Of a stretch of DNA of 64,000 nucleotides, positions 53,897 to 62,578 are shown piece by piece; the stretch's first letter is position 1, and each line of letters starts with the position of its first letter. Below the pieces are notes generated by a model. It did not search any database and was not told the DNA's origin. It saw only the letters and a program-made list of their open reading frames with translations. The stretch is from a virus: positions 64,001-128,000 of the IMG/VR virus record IMGVR_UViG_3300024299_000001. One strand, 5' to 3'. The translations under genes and the position numbers were made by a program.

Positions 53897-56053
53897 GTGA
53901 GAGATTTACAGACGTTAACTTTTCATCCAACTGCTGAAAAGATTGTAGACATACTCTGTAAGAAAACCCAGAATACCAATCCAATGTTCTTCAGAGTATT
54001 AATCAGTTATTATCTTGCAAAGATTACAGCTATGATGCGGGTTAAGATTGCTACTCAGGATAGAGGTGAAATACCTGTAAATCTGTATGCAATTAATTTA
54101 GCGCCCAGTGGACAGGGTAAAGGCCATTCAACTAATATAATTGAAGAGCAGTTAATTGATAAGTTCAGATCAACATTCTTTGATGTAACTGAACCAATTG
54201 TATCAGCTGAAAACTTAGCCAAACTGGCAGTAGAACGGGCCTTTGTACATAATGAGGATCCAGATACTGTTGAAGTGAGAGTTAAATCAGAATTTGCTGC
54301 TTTAGGCGCCTTAGCCTTCTCATTTGATTCAGGCACTACTGCTGCTATCAAACAGATGCGGTATAAACTATTAATGGGTGGTATTGGTTCAATGAATCTG
54401 GAGATAGATGAGATTGGCAGCAATCTATTAGGTAATGCTGATGTACTCTCTTCTTTCCTGGAACTATTTGATGTTGGTAAAATCAAACAGAAGCTAACCA
54501 AAAATACAAAAGAAAACCTTAGAGCAGAAGAGATTGATGGTAGGACGCCTACTAATCTTTTACTATTTGGTACACCCAGTAAATTATTAGATGGTGGCCG
54601 AACTGAAGCTGAATATGATTCTTTTCTGGAAACCGGTTATGCTCGTAGATGTATCTTTGGTTACACTAAAACAACCAAAAAAGACAAAACCTTAACACCT
54701 GAACAACGGTATAACTCTTTAACGGATGCTACAATAAGTGATTTTATATCAGATACCTCAATTGCTTTTGGGGAACTGGCTAACATAGCCAATTATAATA
54801 AAACATTATTGGTATCCAAAAAAGTAAGTATCCTAATTATTGAGTATACCATGTATTGTGAAGATTTAGCTGAAAAGATGGGTGAGCATGAAGAGACGGC
54901 TAAAGCAGAGATGGCTCATCGATACTTTAAAGCCCTTAAGTTAGCTGGCTGTTATGCATTCATTGGTAATGAAGTAGAAATCACTGAAGATAATTTTTAT
55001 CATGCAGTTCATATGATCGAAGAATCAGGTAAAGCTTTTAATCGTATGTTAACCCGGGACAGGGCTTATGTAAAATTAGCTAAGTATATTGCCAGTATCG
55101 GCCGAGAGGTTACTCATGGCGATCTGTTTGAAGACTTGCCATTCTATCGTGGTTCTAATCAAGTAAAACAAGAGATGATGCAATATGCTATTGATTGGGG
55201 TTATCGTAACCATATCGTAATTAAACATGTTACGAATAATGGTATTGAGTTCATTACAGGCGAGACCCTTAAAAGAGTTGATTTAGGAGCTTTACGAATT
55301 GCTCATAGTGCAGACATCTCAGATAATTATGCAAATGATCCAGCACCATGGGACAAGATGCACATCTTAACTCAATTGCCTCATCATAATTGGATCAACC
55401 ATTTTACCATGAATGGCCATCGAAGTAATGATACCCTTAAGCCAGGCTTTGATTTAATTGTTTTGGATATAGATGATAAAGGCGTTACTATTGAAGCAGC
55501 TTCAAAATTATTAGAAGACTACAAATTCTTCTTATATACTACAAAACGTCATACACCAGTTCATCATCGATTCAGAATAATCTTACCAATGAATTACCGG
55601 TTAACACTGGACACAGATGATTACAGTGAGTTCATGTGTAATATATTTGAATGGTTACCATTTGATGTGGACATCCAGGCAAAAGACAGATGCCGTAAAT
55701 GGCTAACCCATAAACACTTCTTTACTTACAATACTGGTATTAAATTAATTGATGCCAGATTATTCATTCCTCGAACCAGTAAGAATGATGAAAGAAAGAA
55801 AACAATTCAAACATACCAGTCTTTAAGTAATATACAGCGTTGGTTTGTACAGAATTCTACTATGGGTGGCCGTAACAACCAATTAGTCCGTTATGCTTTA
55901 GTTTTAGTGGATATGGGCTATCCAGTAGATATAGTTGAAACCCAGGTTAAGAAACTTAATGCCGGGTTACCTGACAGTCTGCCGGATAAAGAAATTGATG
56001 ATACTATTATGAGAACAGTATCTAAAGCAATTATTAAAAGAGAAAAACCATAA
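53897..56053 (+). CDS. primase/helicase-like replication protein (N4 gp42/43 position)
   Basis: 718-aa ORF with a GTG start after AAGGAGG. It has a P-loop-like NLAPSGQGKGHS and a C-terminal LIVLDIDDKG ... HHRFRIILP (primase-polymerase-like acidic motif). Confidence 0.45.
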   Translation: MRDLQTLTFHPTAEKIVDILCKKTQNTNPMFFRVLISYYLAKITAMMRVKIATQDRGEIPVNLYAINLAPSGQGKGHSTNIIEEQLIDKFRSTFFDVTEPIVSAENLAKLAVERAFVHNEDPDTVEVRVKSEFAALGALAFSFDSGTTAAIKQMRYKLLMGGIGSMNLEIDEIGSNLLGNADVLSSFLELFDVGKIKQKLTKNTKENLRAEEIDGRTPTNLLLFGTPSKLLDGGRTEAEYDSFLETGYARRCIFGYTKTTKKDKTLTPEQRYNSLTDATISDFISDTSIAFGELANIANYNKTLLVSKKVSILIIEYTMYCEDLAEKMGEHEETAKAEMAHRYFKALKLAGCYAFIGNEVEITEDNFYHAVHMIEESGKAFNRMLTRDRAYVKLAKYIASIGREVTHGDLFEDLPFYRGSNQVKQEMMQYAIDWGYRNHIVIKHVTNNGIEFITGETLKRVDLGALRIAHSADISDNYANDPAPWDKMHILTQLPHHNWINHFTMNGHRSNDTLKPGFDLIVLDIDDKGVTIEAASKLLEDYKFFLYTTKRHTPVHHRFRIILPMNYRLTLDTDDYSEFMCNIFEWLPFDVDIQAKDRCRKWLTHKHFFTYNTGIKLIDARLFIPRTSKNDERKKTIQTYQSLSNIQRWFVQNSTMGGRNNQLVRYALVLVDMGYPVDIVETQVKKLNAGLPDSLPDKEIDDTIMRTVSKAIIKREKP

Positions 56054-56072
56054 ACTATAAAGGAGGTTAAGT

Positions 56073-56189
56073 GTGGTCGATCAAAATGATAATCTTGTAT
56101 TAATTGTTGGTTCAAGTGGTGGTGGTAAATCAGCATCATTACGGGATATTAAAGATCCCCAAAATGTATATTACTTCAATTGTGAAGCT
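56073..56189 (+). CDS. Sak4/AAA_24-like recombination ATPase, exon 1 (N4 gp44 position)
   Basis: GTG at 56073, 6 nt after AGGAGG. VDQNDNLVLIVGSSGGGKSASLRDIKDPQNVYYFNCEA contains Walker A. The in-frame stop is at 56193. The exact 3' boundary is uncertain. Confidence 0.65.
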
Positions 56190-57117
56190 AAATAATTGGC
56201 TTCGTTAAACCCATTGAATTGCTGGAAACCCCAAACAAATAATGTTGTGGGCAATCAGCAGCGAAGACTTAACGTGTCTTGACAGAGCAGTTTAAATATG
56301 GTACTTTGAACAACTTCTCAATTAAATAAAGGAGAAATTGTATGAAAGAATACATAGAAGAAACTGAAACTGGAATTTACAGAATAACCGAAAGAGGTAA
56401 GATCTTTTCCCAAAGTAAGCTTAAAATACCTATTGTGGGAAAAGGTATGCAACATACAGGAAAATTCCACATGATAACAAAACCTGAAAGGGAACTAACA
56501 TATACTCTCAATAATAGAGGGTATTTATCAGTAGGAATTATGAAAAAAACTTTTATGGTGCATAGATTAATCGCTAAAGTATTTGTAATTAATCCGTGTA
56601 ATAAGCCTCAAGTGAACCATATTGATGGTAACAAACTAAATAATTGCGCTTTAAACTTGGAATGGTGTACAGCCCAAGAAAATATCCAACATGCTTATAG
56701 AATTGGTATAAATAAAGGATGTCTTGGGCTAAAACGCATATATAGTAGTGCCCAAATTAAAGCTAAATGTCTTGCAAATTTAAAGAATAAATCTAAACTG
56801 ACTCCTGATGAAGTCAAATATGTTAGAAAAGTATATATTGCAAGAGATAAAAATTTTAGTTGTACTGCATTAGCTACACAATTTAATGTTAGTATCGCCG
56901 CCATGAGTAAAATTGTAAAAAGACAGTCCTATCAACACATTAAGTAACGTTCAACGACTATCGAAAGCATCTTATATAAGATAAGCAAGTAGAGTACACC
57001 CAAGTGGGTGGAAGCGGTGGGACGTAGAAATACGTATGATATAGTCTACTCTCATATGAAAGTATGAGCAGAGTTAAAAGCTCGATATTAGCGTAACGAA
57101 CTAATATGAATATAAGG
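56190..57117 (+). mobile_element. group I intron with HNH homing endonuclease, inside the Sak4-like ATPase gene (boundaries approximate)
   Basis: The 5' core GAATTGCTGGAAAC (56215-56228) and CAATCAGCAGC (56252-56262) is shared with the helicase intron. The 3' core gagtacacccaagtgggtggaagcggtgg (56992-57020) is shared with the AAA+ ATPase intron. Walker A lies in exon 1 and Walker B in exon 2. The candidate 3' splice site follows G57108 or G57117. Confidence 0.7.
56342..56947 (+). CDS. HNH homing endonuclease (HNH_3 + C-terminal HTH), intron-encoded
   Basis: VHRLIAKVFVINPCNKPQVNHIDGNKLNNCALNLEWCTAQENIQH, and a C-terminal HTH CTALATQFNVSIAAMSKIVKRQSY. Confidence 0.85.
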   Translation: MKEYIEETETGIYRITERGKIFSQSKLKIPIVGKGMQHTGKFHMITKPERELTYTLNNRGYLSVGIMKKTFMVHRLIAKVFVINPCNKPQVNHIDGNKLNNCALNLEWCTAQENIQHAYRIGINKGCLGLKRIYSSAQIKAKCLANLKNKSKLTPDEVKYVRKVYIARDKNFSCTALATQFNVSIAAMSKIVKRQSYQHIK

Positions 57118-57732
57118 AATAAAAAATTACCATTTCCAGCTAAATTTCAACAGTTTAATATTACCAATCCTTACCAGGTTCATGAGGGATTAGTACATGC
57201 TGAATCCAAACCTGATATTCATACTATTGTAATTGATAGTTTAACCTTTTTAATGGATATGTGTGAGTTACAGTTTATTCTGGATGACCGGATAACTGAT
57301 ACAATGAAAGGATGGGCCGAATACCAAAAATTCTTTAAAAAACTTATGCAGGAACATGTTGCAAAGTCTACAAAGAATATCATATTCACAGCCCATGTTC
57401 AGTCAATCCTTAATGAGACAGATATGGTTCTTGAGAAAAAGGTACCTATTAAGGGTGCTTTAAAAGCAAATGGTGTTGAGGCTTATTTCAGTACTATTGT
57501 GAGCGCACGAACCATAACGGTAAATAAACTGACAAACTTTAAGAATCCACTACTTACTGTTACACCTGAAGAAGAAACTTTAGGATTTAAGTATGTATAC
57601 CAAACCCAATTAACCAAAGAAACGGTCAATGAAAGGATCCGTGCCAGTATGGGTATGTGGACCCAACAAGAAACTTTCATTGATAACAATGCACAATTTT
57701 TAATGGATCGATTACATAAATACTATGTGTAA
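57118..57732 (+). CDS. Sak4/AAA_24-like ATPase, exon 2
   Basis: KKLPFPAKF..., Walker B HTIVIDSLTFLMD, IIFTAHV. The track ORF starts at 57106, and the true exon start is 57109 or 57118. Confidence 0.65.
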   Translation, partial: NKKLPFPAKFQQFNITNPYQVHEGLVHAESKPDIHTIVIDSLTFLMDMCELQFILDDRITDTMKGWAEYQKFFKKLMQEHVAKSTKNIIFTAHVQSILNETDMVLEKKVPIKGALKANGVEAYFSTIVSARTITVNKLTNFKNPLLTVTPEEETLGFKYVYQTQLTKETVNERIRASMGMWTQQETFIDNNAQFLMDRLHKYYV

Positions 57733-57764
57733 TTGATTTTAATTTTTAACAAGGAGAATACCGT

Positions 57765-58517
57765 ATGAGTTTACTTGATCAACTAACAACTGATGACAAA
57801 GACATCCAGCAAGAAACTGATTCCGTTGGAACCAGTTTTTCACCCTTAGAGAGTGGTCTATATCTGCTGAAGGTTATATTTGCTTATATCACCATCTCAG
57901 CAGGTGAAGCCATGGCCCTAAACATTCTGTTTGAGACCCCAACTAAACAGAGAATCAGACAGCAGTTCTGGATGACTTCCGGCAAGGACAAAGGTAAGAA
58001 GAATTTCTATATCAACAAGAAGACTAAAGAAAAACACTACTTACCTGGTTTTAACCAAGCTAATGGTATTGCCCTGCTGACTTGCAACAAAGGCATTAAC
58101 CAGATGGTAACTGAAACCAAAACCATTAATCTCTATGATTATGATCAGAAAAAAGAAGTACCAAAAGACGTTGACATGATTGTAGAGCTGATTGACAAAG
58201 AAATTACTGCCGGTGTCATTAAACAGATTGTTGATAAAAATGTTCAAAATGATACTGGAGCATATGTACCTTCCGGTGAGACCCGAGTTGAAAATGAAGT
58301 AGATAAGCTTTTCCATACTGATGGCCGTACCATTACTGAAATCCGGGCTAAAAAACCAGCTACTTTTAAAGATACCTGGCTTGAACGTTGGGAAGGAAAA
58401 GTTAAAGACAAATCTGCAGCTAAAGCAGGAGTAGTTAGTGGGGCCCCTAAAGCCAATAAAGTCCAGACTGCTACTGGTGGAACCACTGCTAAAGCAGATT
58501 CACTCTTCCAGGATTAG
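57765..58517 (+). CDS. single-stranded DNA-binding protein-like (N4 gp45 position)
   Basis: 250-aa ORF following the ATPase, as in N4. Its flexible A/G/T-rich C-terminal tail ends in ADSLFQD. Confidence 0.5.
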   Translation: MSLLDQLTTDDKDIQQETDSVGTSFSPLESGLYLLKVIFAYITISAGEAMALNILFETPTKQRIRQQFWMTSGKDKGKKNFYINKKTKEKHYLPGFNQANGIALLTCNKGINQMVTETKTINLYDYDQKKEVPKDVDMIVELIDKEITAGVIKQIVDKNVQNDTGAYVPSGETRVENEVDKLFHTDGRTITEIRAKKPATFKDTWLERWEGKVKDKSAAKAGVVSGAPKANKVQTATGGTTAKADSLFQD

Positions 58518-58590
58518 TTTTTAAATTACCAAAGGTCCTATTAAACAGTAGGGCCTTTATCATTAATTCATATTATAAGGAGATTAAAAT

Positions 58591-58965
58591 ATGGAAATCA
58601 GTATTAACGAGGACAAGATCCTTAAAACCATTAAAAAGCATGGTGGTGCTATCATTGAAGCTGGGATTATTCAGGCCATTAAAGACTATGCTGGCAATGT
58701 AGTCAGTGACAGTCTTATTGAAGGACCGACTACTGTTGGTGGTGCAATTGCTGAACATGTAGGACCTGAAGTTAAACCAATGCCAGCCAAGCCTAAACGT
58801 AAAAGACGTTCTCAGGCTGAAATGAAAGCAGATGCTGCAGCTAAACAAAAAGCTGAAGAAGAAGATAACGCTGAAGAACCAAACAGTGATCCAGTGGTTG
58901 AAGAAACCCCAGTGCCTCAGACACCTACTGTTGGTACAGGTGTTGATTCATTGTTTAATACTTAA
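58591..58965 (+). CDS. hypothetical protein with charged tail ending in DSLFNT
   Basis: 124-aa ORF with AAGGAG upstream. Confidence 0.5.
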   Translation: MEISINEDKILKTIKKHGGAIIEAGIIQAIKDYAGNVVSDSLIEGPTTVGGAIAEHVGPEVKPMPAKPKRKRRSQAEMKADAAAKQKAEEEDNAEEPNSDPVVEETPVPQTPTVGTGVDSLFNT

Positions 58966-58967
58966 TT

Positions 58968-59132
58968 ATGTGGAAACTCTGGGATGATGTTAAAATCATT
59001 GGGAGTTTGATATTAGTTGCTTTTTTTGGTTTCCTATTCTTATTAAGTGTTCCACTTATAATTATATTTGGTATTAGTCTTGCTTTAGGTTTTATTGGCT
59101 GGATCCTATTTACTGATAAACCACTCCCATAA
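58968..59132 (+). CDS. small membrane protein (54 aa; below the ORF-track cutoff)
   Basis: MWKLWDDVKIIGSLILVAFFGFLFLLSVPLIIIFGISLALGFIGWILFTDKPLP has two transmembrane helices. Confidence 0.4.
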   Translation: MWKLWDDVKIIGSLILVAFFGFLFLLSVPLIIIFGISLALGFIGWILFTDKPLP

Positions 59133-59197
59133 CAATTAATTAACTAATCAAATGATCCCCTTGAAATATAGGGGATCTATTTAAAAAAGGAGTACCA

Positions 59198-59386
59198 ATG
59201 GCTAAAATTCAAAGAGAACCTATCCCATTTATTCCATATATTTTAACTATTGAGTCACAAAAAGAACATGATTTCTTAGAAGGTTTATTTTATGCCAGTG
59301 AAGGAGAAGCAAAAGAAAGATGTCGAAATTTTGATTCTACTCTTGATAAAGAATTCCATGCACTTATTAAATCAATGGAGAAATAA
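59198..59386 (+). CDS. hypothetical protein
   Basis: 62-aa ORF with AAGGAG upstream. Confidence 0.5.
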   Translation: MAKIQREPIPFIPYILTIESQKEHDFLEGLFYASEGEAKERCRNFDSTLDKEFHALIKSMEK

Positions 59387-60684
59387 TGGAAACTGTTACT
59401 TATTTAATTCAAAAGAATACCAATGGTAAAATTAAATTTATCCAATTTGCTCTTAATGGTGCAACGTTAACCCGGGAATGGGGTTTAATTGGTGGTGTAG
59501 CTCAAGGTACTGTTAACACCTATGAAGCAATTAATGTTGGCAAAGCTAATGAGCAATCACCTGAAGAAGCTGCAGAGGCTAAATACAAATATATCTGGGA
59601 TAAAAAAATTAAAGAAGGTTATGTACCCACCCCATCTTTAGATGCTATCCCAGCACTACCTGATTTCTTATCTGAACTTGACCTGGATAATATTCCTAAA
59701 TCTTTCTGTCTTTCCAAACCAACTGCAAAGATATCTGATGCAGCAATGGGTACCCTATTGGCTTCAGGCCATGCCAGAATATTTATAAAGTATAACGGCG
59801 GATGCCATTATGTTGTTATTGGTTCAAAAGGCAATGTCGAAATATACACCAGGCGCTGGGATAACCATACAGCTAAGTATCCTAAAATAGTACAAACAAT
59901 TTTAGATGAAAAATATCCTCCTAACTCTTTATTTGCAGTTGAATTATGTATTGATCCATTATTGAATCTACCTCACATGACATGTCTTAAGAATGCAAGT
60001 AAGGTAGCCAAAACGAATAATAGCGGGGGAACTCTTAAAGCAGACTTGACCAAGAGCCATGCACTGCAAGAGAACCCGCTATATTCTATTAAAGCTGCAG
60101 TGTTTGGAATCCTTTATTATAATGGTGCTCAACTTTGGAACCAACCATATGAAATTATGTTAAAATTAATTGAAAAGATTGTTCCACTACTCAGTACTCA
60201 GCAATTAATATTTCAACCACAAAATATTGGTCTGAATACAGTTAAAGCTGTTATTGATGCAGCTACTGCTAATCAAAAATTAATTGAAGGTTTTGTTATC
60301 TGGGATACTACTAAAGCCATGGAAGTTACCATGAATGGTAAACCGGTCAGAAGAGCTGCATACAAAATCAAAATTAAAAATGAAAAGGATGTGATAGCTT
60401 ATGGTTGGGAAAACGCTAATAACAAACCTGCTGGTATTATTGGGGCCCTTAAAATTTGTCAATATGACGCCAAAGGTAATATGGTTGATCTTGGTACTGT
60501 TGGAGGTCTCAAACCAAAAGAAGGAGAGACCGACCCAGCTAACTGGAGCTTCCCCTGTGTCATCGAAGTTGGCTATGATAATCGGTTCCCTGAAACGGGC
60601 AGATTCCAATTTGGGCATTTTAACAAAGTACATGAAGACAAAGTTCCGGAAGAAGTAGAAATCTTTGACTTAAAAGAACTGTAA
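59386..60684 (+). CDS. WGR-domain + ATP-dependent DNA ligase-like nucleotidyltransferase
   Basis: The N-terminal WGR-like region is KIKFIQFALNGATLTREWGLIGGVAQGT...KIKEGY. Ligase-like motifs: I IKYNGG (59788-59799, KxNG instead of KxDG), III FAVELCID, IIIa AAVFGILYYNG, IV IEGFVIWD and V AAYKIKIK. Confidence 0.55.
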   Translation: METVTYLIQKNTNGKIKFIQFALNGATLTREWGLIGGVAQGTVNTYEAINVGKANEQSPEEAAEAKYKYIWDKKIKEGYVPTPSLDAIPALPDFLSELDLDNIPKSFCLSKPTAKISDAAMGTLLASGHARIFIKYNGGCHYVVIGSKGNVEIYTRRWDNHTAKYPKIVQTILDEKYPPNSLFAVELCIDPLLNLPHMTCLKNASKVAKTNNSGGTLKADLTKSHALQENPLYSIKAAVFGILYYNGAQLWNQPYEIMLKLIEKIVPLLSTQQLIFQPQNIGLNTVKAVIDAATANQKLIEGFVIWDTTKAMEVTMNGKPVRRAAYKIKIKNEKDVIAYGWENANNKPAGIIGALKICQYDAKGNMVDLGTVGGLKPKEGETDPANWSFPCVIEVGYDNRFPETGRFQFGHFNKVHEDKVPEEVEIFDLKEL

Positions 60685-60908
60685 TGAATAAAAATGGTCC
60701 TATAAGTGCAACTGCTTTGAATGCTGGAGTAACTTCAAGAAATGCTATTACAATAGCTACAGCTGTAGCAAGTAGTGATGCAGTTCTTGACTTACAGGAA
60801 CGGGTAGCTAAACTTGAACAGGCACTCACTGCTAAAATTAGTGAATTGGTTCAAAATGATCCAGACTTTAAAATGATTAAATTACTGTTTCAAAAAGGAG
60901 AGCTATGA
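60684..60908 (+). CDS. hypothetical protein, paralog of 61133..61381
   Basis: Shares NDPDFKMIKLL with NDPEFKMVKLL of the paralog. Confidence 0.5.
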   Translation: MNKNGPISATALNAGVTSRNAITIATAVASSDAVLDLQERVAKLEQALTAKISELVQNDPDFKMIKLLFQKGEL

Positions 60909-61123
60909 AATCAGAAGATTTTATAAAAATAGTTAATACACACAGAAGAAAGAATAAGAACACTTGGTATTCTTTTAATGAAATTGTGGAAAATAAAAAG
61001 GTTAAATTATCAGGTTATAATACTTGGTTGCGTACTTATTTAGTTGATGGTACGGTCTATTCAGGTCTTCATGGTTTGTCAGTGAAAGAATTTAAAGAAG
61101 AATTATCCCAACCTTTTAGGTAA
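60905..61123 (+). CDS. hypothetical protein
   Basis: 72-aa ORF. Confidence 0.45.
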   Translation: MKSEDFIKIVNTHRRKNKNTWYSFNEIVENKKVKLSGYNTWLRTYLVDGTVYSGLHGLSVKEFKEELSQPFR

Positions 61124-61132
61124 GGAATTGTA

Positions 61133-61381
61133 ATGACTGATCTTAATGAAATCTGTACTTATATACATATGTCTTTAACAGAATTAGGTGCACACGTACA
61201 AGCATTAGTGGTGGCATTAGAGGAGCAACAAAATAAAAATAAAGCTGAAATGAATGTCTTACGTGCAGATCTTAAACTTCAGATCCAAGAAACTATAAGA
61301 AATGACCCAGAATTTAAAATGGTTAAATTATTACTAAATAAGGAGACCTATAAAAATGAACCAAAAAGAAAAAGATCCTAA
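61133..61381 (+). CDS. hypothetical coiled-coil protein, paralog of 60684..60908
   Basis: See the paralog at 60684..60908. Confidence 0.5.
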   Translation: MTDLNEICTYIHMSLTELGAHVQALVVALEEQQNKNKAEMNVLRADLKLQIQETIRNDPEFKMVKLLLNKETYKNEPKRKRS

Positions 61382-61832
61382 TAACATTGATCAACATGAT
61401 CCAGGTGCTAAACTAGACCAAGGTAAATTATTGGCTGGAATACTTCAACAATTTTCATTAGCCCTTACTGCAGTTCTGGAGGTAGCCACCTTTGGTGCAA
61501 ATAAGTACAGCAGAGGGGGCTGGAAACACGTCAAGAATGGCCAAGAAAGATATTCTGATGCTATGATACGCCATTACCTCAAAGAGGCCTTAGAACCGCT
61601 TGATCTGGATTCAGGGTTACTGCATGAAGCCCACCTTGCATGGAATGCTTTGGCTCGACTTGAACTTAAGTTACAAGAGATAGGCCAAAAGGCTACTTTA
61701 TTTGATTCTTCTTGTACCTTCAGTCATAAATGTGCTCTTATAGGTATGGGCTGCTATTCTGGTGGTAAACATTATTTTACAACTAAAGCTGAAGCTGATA
61801 TTAGAGCAGAGCAGGTAACTAATGAAAAGTAG
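61356..61832 (+). CDS. DUF5664 / dATP-dGTP diphosphohydrolase-like domain protein
   Basis: DQGKLLAGILQQFSLALTAVLEVATFGANKYSRGGWKHV...RYSDAMIRHYLKE...DSGLLHEAHLAWNALARLEL matches the family pattern (D.GK.....L..va.v..fGa.KY....w......y..A..RH.......D.esGl.H.aH...n). Confidence 0.6.
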   Translation: MNQKEKDPNNIDQHDPGAKLDQGKLLAGILQQFSLALTAVLEVATFGANKYSRGGWKHVKNGQERYSDAMIRHYLKEALEPLDLDSGLLHEAHLAWNALARLELKLQEIGQKATLFDSSCTFSHKCALIGMGCYSGGKHYFTTKAEADIRAEQVTNEK

Positions 61833-62010
61833 CAAAGAGTGGGAACGCGTTCAACGGATGCGAAGAGAGCATGATCCATTAGTTAAAGGTGGTCATTACC
61901 ATGAAGTACCAGACTTTGGTGCTTACGATGGTACTGGTAAAGGGATGCCAAATCATAATAAAAAGAAAGCCCTTAAACCAAAGAAATCATATTACAAGAA
62001 AAAGAAATGA
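61822..62010 (+). CDS. small basic protein
   Basis: 62-aa ORF with a K-rich C-terminus. Confidence 0.4.
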   Translation: MKSSKEWERVQRMRREHDPLVKGGHYHEVPDFGAYDGTGKGMPNHNKKKALKPKKSYYKKKK

Positions 62011-62186
62011 ATAAATTATTTATTATATTTTTGGTTCTATTACTTTCAGCCTGTAATCAGGTTAAAACAACTGAACCAGAAGAAAAGAAATACTGGCATG
62101 AGTTGAGGAAGAAATATGTTCCTTTAAGATCTTCAGCAATCATAAAACATATTAAACGACATCCAGGATTAAAGGAGAAAATATGA
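62007..62186 (+). CDS. small lipoprotein (59 aa; spanin-like candidate; below the ORF-track cutoff)
   Basis: MNKLFIIFLVLLLSAC has a lipobox LSAC. ATGA overlaps occur at both ends. Confidence 0.5.
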   Translation: MNKLFIIFLVLLLSACNQVKTTEPEEKKYWHELRKKYVPLRSSAIIKHIKRHPGLKEKI

Positions 62187-62578
62187 GATCACCAACTGGT
62201 TCAAATGAAATAAGAATGGATTTAATGGGTAGTGGTGTATATGGTGCTCCCAGAGGCCACAGAAAGCATTTAGGGACTGATTATACTGTTATTCCGGGCG
62301 CAGCAATAGTAGCGCCTATCTCAGGTGAAATAACCCGTGTAGCAGTACCTTACGTGGGACAGGAGTATAGTGGCCTGGTTATTGCCAGTAAAGCCATGAC
62401 AGTTAAGTTATTTTACTTTAAACCACTATCAGAAATTGTTGGGAATAATGTACGAGAGGGAATGGTTATTGGGTTTGCTCAAGATATTTCAAAGATGCAT
62501 GGGGAAGACATGCTCCCCCATATACACCTTCAAATAGATAGAATCAGTCAGAATCCGGCAGATTGGATAAATCTTTAG
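62183..62578 (+). CDS. M23 family metallopeptidase (peptidoglycan endopeptidase; lysis or virion-associated)
   Basis: HxxxD motif HLGTDY and HxH motif PHIHLQI. Confidence 0.7.
   Translation: MRSPTGSNEIRMDLMGSGVYGAPRGHRKHLGTDYTVIPGAAIVAPISGEITRVAVPYVGQEYSGLVIASKAMTVKLFYFKPLSEIVGNNVREGMVIGFAQDISKMHGEDMLPHIHLQIDRISQNPADWINL

Noticed and set aside
54055-54501. Minus-strand 148-aa ORF inside the primase/helicase-like gene
   Set aside because: It is nested antisense in a long, motif-bearing ORF and has no independent signals.
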